Shown: positions 56,958 to 64,000 of the stretch, in pieces | Numbering within the stretch: position 1 is the stretch's first letter | Layout of the letters: the number at the start of each line of letters is the position of its first letter | Assembly (NCBI GenBank): GCA_049968255.1 | Contig: JBMFRB010000006.1 | Span: 135,800-199,799, forward strand | From: Candidatus Sumerlaeaceae bacterium | GTDB taxonomy: Bacteria; Sumerlaeota; Sumerlaeia; Sumerlaeales; Sumerlaeaceae | Length of the DNA: 64,000 nucleotides | Direction of reading: 5' to 3' | Translations under genes and position numbers: made by a program | The notes under the pieces: model-generated | What the model was told of the DNA's origin: nothing | The model's database searches: none | What the model saw: only the letters and a program-made list of their open reading frames with translations

Positions 56958-58100
56958 ATGGCGCAGTTTCTCTACATTCACGTTCCATTTTGCGAAGCTC
57001 GGTGCCCATATTGCGACTTTTTTACGTTGGGAAAAGGAGCCCAAGCGCAGGAGTTGGCGAATGCCTGGCTTGAGCTCGCGGGGCGTGAGCTCGAACTTTG
57101 GATCGAGGCGGGAGACGTAAGTCCGAGCGATCCGGTGGCCACCATTTACTTCGGCGGTGGGACGCCGAGCTTGCTCTCTGGCCAGGCCATGCGACGCTTT
57201 CTCGATCAGGTCGGACGGCATGTGACGTTTGCGCCCGATATAGAGGTGACGGTCGAAATGCAGCCACGCACCGCGGATCTCGAAAAGCTACGTAGCTATG
57301 CTGAAGCTGGCGTGAACCGCTTTTCTATCGGTGCACAGACATTCTCTTCTGAGCTGCTCGCGTTGCTTGAGCGGCGGCATTCCGTCGCCGATACAGTCGA
57401 GCTCATCCGCGATGCGCAGCGCTTCGGGCGCGTTTCCATAGACCTTATCGCGGCTTTGCCCGGCCAGACTCTTGAGCAATGGCAGGAGGATCTGGAAACG
57501 GCGCTGAGTTTTTCACCAGTTCATCTAAGCATTTATGAGCTAACTTATTATCCTGACACGCGCTTGCGAACGTGGCTTGAAGAAGGGCGGGTACACCAGG
57601 CGGATGAAGACCTTCGTTTAGCAATCCTTGATTGGACCATTGAGCACCTCACTTCGGCCGGCTACGAGCACTACGAGATTTCGAATTTTGCTAAGCCTGG
57701 GTTACGCTCGCGGCACAACGAAAACTATTGGCGACTTGGTAACTATGTTGGACTGGGTGCTGGCGCGCACTCTTTCATCTTTCCGCATCGCTACGTCAAT
57801 CCGCCGGACGTCAACGCATACAGCAAAATCGTTCGCGCAGGACAACTTGCTCGACAGCTGGCGGATGCGCGCGACGAGAACATCTTTCTCCTCGAAAACA
57901 TTTTTATGGGGCTGCGCCTTGTCGAGGGAATCGAACTTGCGCAATTCCGCCAACGCTTTGGTGTGGATGTGATTGCCTGCTATTTTGATCGTCTCGCGCC
58001 TCTCGTTGAAGAGGGTTTTCTTGAAATCACGCAGACGCACCTGCGTCTTACGCGCAAAGGCCTGATGCGAGCTGACGCTGTGGTGGGGTATCTCGTGTGA
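56958..58100 (+). CDS. hemW: Radical SAM heme chaperone HemW (HemN-like)
   Basis: LYIHVPFCEARCPYCDF, YFGGGTPS, HYEISNFA, HN.NYW, G.GAGAHS. Confidence 0.88.
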   Translation: MAQFLYIHVPFCEARCPYCDFFTLGKGAQAQELANAWLELAGRELELWIEAGDVSPSDPVATIYFGGGTPSLLSGQAMRRFLDQVGRHVTFAPDIEVTVEMQPRTADLEKLRSYAEAGVNRFSIGAQTFSSELLALLERRHSVADTVELIRDAQRFGRVSIDLIAALPGQTLEQWQEDLETALSFSPVHLSIYELTYYPDTRLRTWLEEGRVHQADEDLRLAILDWTIEHLTSAGYEHYEISNFAKPGLRSRHNENYWRLGNYVGLGAGAHSFIFPHRYVNPPDVNAYSKIVRAGQLARQLADARDENIFLLENIFMGLRLVEGIELAQFRQRFGVDVIACYFDRLAPLVEEGFLEITQTHLRLTRKGLMRADAVVGYLV

Positions 58101-58314
58101 GGCCAGTGAGTGCCCCCGCACTTGTTCGTGGTGATTGGTAAGGCGCCACATGCGCGGCCCGCGCTTCTTCAAACTGATTCCTCTGGGTTGGAGACGTAGA
58201 GGCTGAGAATTTGCGCGAGAACAAAGATGACTTGCGGCGCAGCGCTTGGGCAACGCGTATCTCCCCTGCTGTGCTTGAGCATGAAACCTGCGCGGGCGCG
58301 CGGTGAGTGCAACA

Positions 58315-61245
58315 TCAGGAGGGAGATGCCGCAGCACGATGGAGTGCGTCGCGAATCACCTCGGCAAGATGCTGCGGCACACGCCCTGTTGCCTGACGAA
58401 TTTGTTCGCGGCAACTGAAACCGTCAGCAATCACGAGGTCTTGAGGAGCGGCGTTGCGCACAGCGGGCAGGAGTGCGCGTTCCCCAATCTTCATCGAAAG
58501 TTCGTAGTTTGCAGCCTTGAAACCGAAGCTGCCTGCCATGCCGCAGCAGCCGGGCTCGGGTGCGCCGAATTCGATTCCCATGGCGGCCATCACCTGCTCA
58601 TCGTATTTCACCTGCATGACAGCTTTATGGTGGCAATGGGCATGAAAGACGGCGCGGCGTTCGTAACGCGGGAGCGGCCAATCGCCACATTGTTTCACAA
58701 GGAATTCGGCAAGAAGATAGGTTTGCTCACCGAGGGCCTGCGCGCGTTTGTCTTCTGGGAAAAGTCCCAGCAATTCGTCGCGAAACACTGCAGCACTGCT
58801 GGGTTCGAGCACGACGATTGGTACGCCAGCCTCAATTTCGGGGCCAAGTGCGGAGAGAATTTCACAGAGTAGCCGTTTTGCCAGGCCGAGCATTCCGGCG
58901 TCGTAGAGCGCACGGCCACAGGCCAAAGGTTTGCGTGGCACGAGGACGCGCCAACCTGCGGCCTCCAGCACCTCCAGCGCGGCTTTGAGCGGTTCGGGAG
59001 TGAAGTGATTGTTGAAGGTATCCGGCCACAAAATCAGGGTGCGCTGGCTGATGTTTGCGCGCTGCACAGCTCCTTCTGCGGCATCAAGCGGGCGCTTCTC
59101 GAAAAACCATTTCGTGAAGGTTTGGGAAGCAAACGGTGGCAATTGGCGCTGCGGGGCAATGCCGGCCAAGCGCTTGAGCTGCGTTCCGAATAGCGGCACG
59201 CCGAGAAACCAATTTGCGAGGGTCGGTGAAAGTTCGGCCCAACGCGCCCAGCGGTGAATGAGCCCCAGAGCGTAGTGCTCAATGGGCCGCAGACGGCCCT
59301 CATAATAATGTGAGAGAAACTCAGCTTTATAAGTGGCCATATCCACATTGACTGGACAGTCACTCTTGCATGCCTTGCACGAGAGGCAAAGGTCGAGTGC
59401 TTGCTTTACTTCCTCACATCGCCAGGTGCTGGTGAGGAAATCGCCGCGGATCATTTCCTGCAACATGCGCGCTCTGCCACGCGTGGAGTGAAGTTCTTCA
59501 CGTGTGACCATGAAGCTCGGACACATCGCGCCTCCTTCCAGACGGCGGCAACGCCCGACACCCACGCACCGCAGCGTAGCACGCGCAAAGCTACCGAGAC
59601 CTTCTTGGAAATAAAAGTGAGTGCGCGGCTGCCATGGCCGATAGTTCTCACCAAGGCGCAGATTTTCGGCTGGACCGTAGGCATCTACGATCTTGCCTGG
59701 GTTCATTTTATTGTCTGGATCCCAAATCGCTTTGAATTCGCGGAACGCTTCAACGAGCTCGGGGCCAAACATTTTGGGAAGCAGATGCGCACGGGCCTGA
59801 CCGTCGCCATGTTCACCGCTCATCGAGCCACCGTAACGAACAATGAGGTCGCCTGCGGCATCGAGGAAGCGGACGAATTTTTCGATGCCTTCGCGCGACT
59901 GCAGGTCGAAATCGAGACGCAGGTGGACACAGCCATCGCCAAAGTGGCCATAGAGTGCACTCTCGTAGCCAAAACTGTCGCGCAATGCAGCGAAATCGCG
60001 CAGATAAGCAGCGAGGTTTTCGGGGGGAACTGCTGCGTCTTCCCAGCCAGGCCACGTGTGACGTCCATCGGGCAAAAATGCGGTGGCCCCGAGCCCACTT
60101 TTGCGCACTTCCCAAATAAGTGCAGCTTCGCGTTCATCCGGGAATTTGACGGAAGGACGATGCGGACGGCGTTCGAGAGCTGCCACGAGAGCCTCGGCTC
60201 GCTCGCGTGCTTCTTTGGGGCTTTCACCTGGCATCTCGACGAGCAGCCATCCTGTTCCTTCGGGCAATGGATCATAATCATTCGGACCAAGACGTTTCTT
60301 GCGGCGCAGGAACCGACGAAGGTAGTCGTCCATTCCTTCCAAGCCGACAGGGCCATGGCGAAGAATTTCCGGCACTTCCTCCGCAGCCGTGAAGACGTCC
60401 GGATAGCCAAGGACCACAAGGCAGCGCGAGGGAGGGCTATAGACCAAGCGCACGGTGGCTTCGAGAATTGTCACGCATGTGCCTTCGCTGCCGACGAGCG
60501 CCCGGGCGACATTGAAGCCATTTTCAGGAAGCAGTTCGTCGAGGTTGAAGCCAGAAACGCGACGTGGCAATCGCGGAAAGCGCGTGCGGATGAGGTCGGC
60601 GTAGCGATCGCGGAGGTCGCGCAGCTTGCGATAGATTTCTGCACGCGGGGCTCCCGCGCGGATAATCTGATCGAGCTCATCCTCGTTCACTGGTCCTACG
60701 CGCATGCGCTCGCCGCGGTAGGTGACGATCTCAAGCTCATGCACGTTGTCCGAAGTGCGACCGGCCATAACGGAATGAATGCCGCAGGAATTGTTGCCAA
60801 TCATTCCGCCTATGGTGCAGCGATCGTGGGTGGCCGGGTCGGGACCGAACGTCAGGCTGTAGGGTGCAGTCGCGCGGTGGAGATCGTCGAGTATCGTGCC
60901 GGCCTGCACGCGTGCGACGCGGCGTGCCGGATCGATCTCCACGACTCGATTGAGGTACTTTGAGAAATCGAGTACGACCGCAACGTTGCAACATTGCCCG
61001 GCCAGGCTTGTGCCGCCGCCGCGACTGAGGATTGGCGCACCAAAGGTGCGGCACAGGTCGATGGCGGCAAGAACGTCTTCGGTTGAGCGCGGAATCACCA
61101 CTCCGATGGGAACTTGTCTGTAGTTCGAGGAGTCGGTGGCGTACATCGCGCGCGTTGCGCGATCGAAGCGCACTTCGCCAATGACTTGGCGCTTGAGCGC
61201 TTCCTCTAAAGCTCGCGCTTCTGCATTCAGCTTTGGTTCGCTCAT
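58315..61245 (-). CDS. FAD-linked oxidase with Fe-S and CCG domains (GlcD/GlcF fusion, YdiJ/D-lactate dehydrogenase-like)
   Basis: YATDSSNY, RGGGTSLAGQ, TIGGMIGNNSCG, GHFGDGCVH, GEHGDG, CVGVGRC, CLSCKACKSDCP, CCGMAGSFG, DGFSCREQ. Confidence 0.9.
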   Translation of the reverse strand: MSEPKLNAEARALEEALKRQVIGEVRFDRATRAMYATDSSNYRQVPIGVVIPRSTEDVLAAIDLCRTFGAPILSRGGGTSLAGQCCNVAVVLDFSKYLNRVVEIDPARRVARVQAGTILDDLHRATAPYSLTFGPDPATHDRCTIGGMIGNNSCGIHSVMAGRTSDNVHELEIVTYRGERMRVGPVNEDELDQIIRAGAPRAEIYRKLRDLRDRYADLIRTRFPRLPRRVSGFNLDELLPENGFNVARALVGSEGTCVTILEATVRLVYSPPSRCLVVLGYPDVFTAAEEVPEILRHGPVGLEGMDDYLRRFLRRKKRLGPNDYDPLPEGTGWLLVEMPGESPKEARERAEALVAALERRPHRPSVKFPDEREAALIWEVRKSGLGATAFLPDGRHTWPGWEDAAVPPENLAAYLRDFAALRDSFGYESALYGHFGDGCVHLRLDFDLQSREGIEKFVRFLDAAGDLIVRYGGSMSGEHGDGQARAHLLPKMFGPELVEAFREFKAIWDPDNKMNPGKIVDAYGPAENLRLGENYRPWQPRTHFYFQEGLGSFARATLRCVGVGRCRRLEGGAMCPSFMVTREELHSTRGRARMLQEMIRGDFLTSTWRCEEVKQALDLCLSCKACKSDCPVNVDMATYKAEFLSHYYEGRLRPIEHYALGLIHRWARWAELSPTLANWFLGVPLFGTQLKRLAGIAPQRQLPPFASQTFTKWFFEKRPLDAAEGAVQRANISQRTLILWPDTFNNHFTPEPLKAALEVLEAAGWRVLVPRKPLACGRALYDAGMLGLAKRLLCEILSALGPEIEAGVPIVVLEPSSAAVFRDELLGLFPEDKRAQALGEQTYLLAEFLVKQCGDWPLPRYERRAVFHAHCHHKAVMQVKYDEQVMAAMGIEFGAPEPGCCGMAGSFGFKAANYELSMKIGERALLPAVRNAAPQDLVIADGFSCREQIRQATGRVPQHLAEVIRDALHRAAASPS

Positions 61246-61387
61246 GTTTCAGGTTATGCTTGGCACGAGTGGCCTATTCGGAAGCGGGAATGCGTGGAAA
61301 ATGGTGTGGTGAACAAACGAGCAGCGTGGGCGTTTTGTGTGACATAACAACGTAGCCCGACTTTATTGTTCGCGGAGAGTGACGAGA

Positions 61388-62116
61388 ATGTGTCGCATGG
61401 TAGGTTTCACGGCAGCGAAACCTGTGAGGGTGGGAGCATTTTTGGAAGCGGTGGCAGAACAAGCTCAGCACGGTTGCCAGCCGTGGGGGCGTCCTCACGG
61501 CGATGGCTGGGGCATGGCCCTGCTGACCCCAGCGGGCTGGTTTGTGGCCCACAGCAATCGGCCGATCTGGGAGTTTTCGTTGGGAAGACTTGCAGGCGTG
61601 GAGGCAACAAGCGGGCTGGTGCATGCACGGCTAGCTTCGCCGAACACTCCTGTGAACCTGACGAAAGTGCATCCTTTCTGCGCCGTGATCGAAGGGCAGA
61701 CCTATGCATTCTGCCATAACGGCAGTATCACGCGACGAGAGCGGCTGCCGCGACCTGCCAACATTACACTCGCGCCGGACGCCATTGATACAGAGCAGTA
61801 TTTTGCACTTGTGCAGGAGCGCCTGGCCTGTGGCGATAGCGAGGAGGAGGCGCTAGCGACGACTGTGAAGGACATCGAGAACGTGTCGTGCGAGTTTAGC
61901 TCACTGAATGCCCTGTTGTTGAGCGAAAAGAAGCTGGTTGCTGTGAGAGGACCGGTGGACGAGAAGTATCGGCACTATTATACAATTTACGTGCACTGTG
62001 GGCCAGAGATTGTAGCCGTCAGCACGGAGCCTTTATCGGCGTTCAGCGAGAGCGTGCCGCTCGACGGAATTTTTGCAGCGGCCCACGGATCGATAGCAAC
62101 ACGCCATCCGCTGTGA
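61388..62116 (+). CDS. Class II glutamine amidotransferase (YafJ/EgtC-like Ntn hydrolase)
   Basis: MCR N-terminal Cys, HGDGWG, HARLAS, HPF, HNG, D.E, STEPL. Confidence 0.85.
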   Translation: MCRMVGFTAAKPVRVGAFLEAVAEQAQHGCQPWGRPHGDGWGMALLTPAGWFVAHSNRPIWEFSLGRLAGVEATSGLVHARLASPNTPVNLTKVHPFCAVIEGQTYAFCHNGSITRRERLPRPANITLAPDAIDTEQYFALVQERLACGDSEEEALATTVKDIENVSCEFSSLNALLLSEKKLVAVRGPVDEKYRHYYTIYVHCGPEIVAVSTEPLSAFSESVPLDGIFAAAHGSIATRHPL

Positions 62117-62201
62117 GAATCAAATAGAGGGCGGGAGAAGACCGACCGCTGAAGTGACACTGTCCAGCTCGCTCTCTCATGTCTTTCAACGAGGACGCAT
62201 A

Positions 62202-63635
62202 ATGCCGCGCGCACTTCTGCTAGTTCCCTGGATCTACGACTTTGCGGCGTACGATTTCTGGTCGTGTCCGGTGGGCTTGCTTAGTCTTGGAGCCGTGCTG
62301 AGGAGCAGCGGATGGGAAGTCGAGTTTGTGGACTTGACGGATCGCCACCACCCTGGGCTTGGACGCGAGCTGAAAGAAAAGTGTTTTCACACGGGCAAAT
62401 ACTATGCGGAGGAGGTGCCCAAGCCTCCCGCGATCGCGTGGGTACCACGGCGCTACAAGCGCTACGGCCTCCCACCGGACATTGCTGAGGCGGATTTGGC
62501 GCAGCGTCCGCGGCCTGACGTCGTGCTGGTTACTTCGCGCATGACGTATTGGTACCCAGGTGTATGCGAGGCGGTTGCTTTGGTGCGCCGAATTTGGCGC
62601 GATGTGCCTGTGGGTTTGGGAGGGACGTATGCGACGCTTTGCTACGACCACGCACGACTGAAAACGGGTGCGACATTTGTATTTCGCGGCGAGGGAGAGC
62701 AAGCGCTGCTGGAAGTTGTGGAGCAGCTGACAGGGGTGCGGACGCCCGCGGCGCCGCTGTCTAGGATTTCGCTCGACGTGCTCGATTCGCTGCCTTTTCC
62801 GGCCTGGGAGCTTCGCCGGTGGAACAAAGCGGTAGTGGTCGAGACGAGTCGGGGGTGTCCTTATCATTGCTCATACTGCGCAACGAAGTTGCTGCTTGCG
62901 CGATGGCGGGCAAAATCGCCAACACGTGTGGCGGACGAAATAGACTTCGCCGTAAACGAGCTTGGCGCTGAGGATATCGCTTTTGCGGATGATGCATTGC
63001 TCCTTAATCCCAGTCGGCATTTTCTCGCGTGGGCAAAAGAGGTGGAACGCCGCCGCATCCGTTGCCGATTCCACACCCCCAATAGCCTTTTCGCGAGCAT
63101 GATTTCGCGCGAAGTAGCCGAGGCGATGCGGGCTCTGGGGTTCGAAACAATAAGGGTGAGCTTGGAGACCGCAAGTGATGAGCGGCTAGAAAAACTCGGG
63201 AGGCGGATTCGGCCCCGCCATTTTGTCGAGGCGATGAGAAACCTGCGGGCGGTCGGTTACCGGCCGGAGCAAATAGGGGTGTACATTTTGTGTGGTCTGC
63301 CAGGGCAGCATGCTGAGGAAGTGAGGCATTCGGTGGACCTCGTTGTGCAAGAAGGCGGCACACCACGCCTGGCGGAATACTCCCCAATTCCCGGCACGGC
63401 AGAATGGCAACGCGCGTGCCAGACGACGCAGCTGGCACTTGCAGAGGAACCGCTGCTGCAGAATAACTCGGTTTTTTGGTGGGCCAGCGGTGCCATACGC
63501 CCCGCGGAGATGGCAGAACTCAAGCGCTATGCACGTGAGGCAATGCAACGTGGTGGAGCAAATGAGGCGGGTGCTGGCCAAACATTGACCGTCAAAGCCA
63601 CTGAAGAGAGATCGCCAAATGGAACCTGCAATTAA
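62202..63635 (+). CDS. B12-binding-domain radical SAM protein
   Basis: PWIYDFAAYDFW..P.GLL, TS.MTYWYPG, LGG.YATL, TSRGCPYHCSYC, F.DD, HTPN. Confidence 0.85.
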   Translation: MPRALLLVPWIYDFAAYDFWSCPVGLLSLGAVLRSSGWEVEFVDLTDRHHPGLGRELKEKCFHTGKYYAEEVPKPPAIAWVPRRYKRYGLPPDIAEADLAQRPRPDVVLVTSRMTYWYPGVCEAVALVRRIWRDVPVGLGGTYATLCYDHARLKTGATFVFRGEGEQALLEVVEQLTGVRTPAAPLSRISLDVLDSLPFPAWELRRWNKAVVVETSRGCPYHCSYCATKLLLARWRAKSPTRVADEIDFAVNELGAEDIAFADDALLLNPSRHFLAWAKEVERRRIRCRFHTPNSLFASMISREVAEAMRALGFETIRVSLETASDERLEKLGRRIRPRHFVEAMRNLRAVGYRPEQIGVYILCGLPGQHAEEVRHSVDLVVQEGGTPRLAEYSPIPGTAEWQRACQTTQLALAEEPLLQNNSVFWWASGAIRPAEMAELKRYAREAMQRGGANEAGAGQTLTVKATEERSPNGTCN

Positions 63636-63779
63636 TACCGGAGGACTTATTTCCGAGCACGAGCTTTCGTGTGGAGCGCCAGCGCGAGTTTGGGAGGGTT
63701 ATCCCCAAACGAGAGTCACGAATCTACCTTGATTCCAGAGCCAGCGAGATGAGCATCGCTTGAGGGAACAATTCGACCC

Positions 63780-64000
63780 ATGACAGGCAAAATGAGGACA
63801 GATCCTGAGAAGTTGCGCCGGCTGCGATGGAACCCTTTGCCGGTGGCAGTGACGATGAGTGCGATGATGGTGGCGCTGGTCCTGATGAGTTCGGAGCGAC
63901 AGACGTCCGTGCGCAGGGAACCTCCGCTACCGTCCGAGCTGCAAATCATGCTCGCGAAAACGAAACTGTCCGGAGCGAGTGCGCCTGGTCAGCAGGCCCA
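63780..64000 (+). CDS. Partial ORF running off the window end, with an N-terminal hydrophobic segment
   Basis: Open frame from ATG 63780: MTGKMRTDPEKLRRLRWNPLPVAVTMSAMMVALVLMSS... Confidence 0.4.
   Translation, partial: MTGKMRTDPEKLRRLRWNPLPVAVTMSAMMVALVLMSSERQTSVRREPPLPSELQIMLAKTKLSGASAPGQQA

Noticed and set aside
59401-60963. 520-aa + strand ORF
   Set aside because: It is an antisense shadow of the well-supported FAD/Fe-S oxidoreductase and has no recognisable motifs.
1-64000. Prophage, IS/transposase, integron, rRNA/tRNA or defence systems
   Set aside because: I recognised no integrase, transposase, phage or cas motifs and no tRNA/rRNA signatures by eye. A covariance-model search was not possible.

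Overview
This is a gene-dense bacterial chromosomal window from a diderm organism (lptB, kdsD and lnt are present), carrying about 55 CDSs. I saw no rRNA, tRNA, CRISPR array or mobile element. Housekeeping genes include dusB, ilvB, proS, HU, fmt, folD, hemC, ruvC, hemW and lepB. Envelope glycosylation genes are unusually dense: six GT-C-like membrane proteins plus GT2, GT4, WecG/TagA and DegT. The top candidate for an undescribed system is 31777-37300, where an NhaR-like LysR gene faces a DUF4914-like protein carrying PEP carboxykinase-type catalytic motifs in order, followed by an SbtA bicarbonate transporter and an OFA-family carboxylate transporter. Other highlights are sigma54-driven tandem type IV pilins next to two TMTC-like O-mannosyltransferase homologs and a DPM1-like GT2, a MerR-FlhG fusion with an unannotated 40-aa membrane peptide and an ExeA-like ATPase, a ThiS ending in GGGC, and a secreted NlpC/P60-FN3 protein with a short V-x-x-W-x-x-Y tail. 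That tail tentatively suggests Sumerlaeota (BRC1), which I could not verify. All family calls come from motif recognition by eye, not database searches, and start codons were adjusted using RBS and motif evidence.
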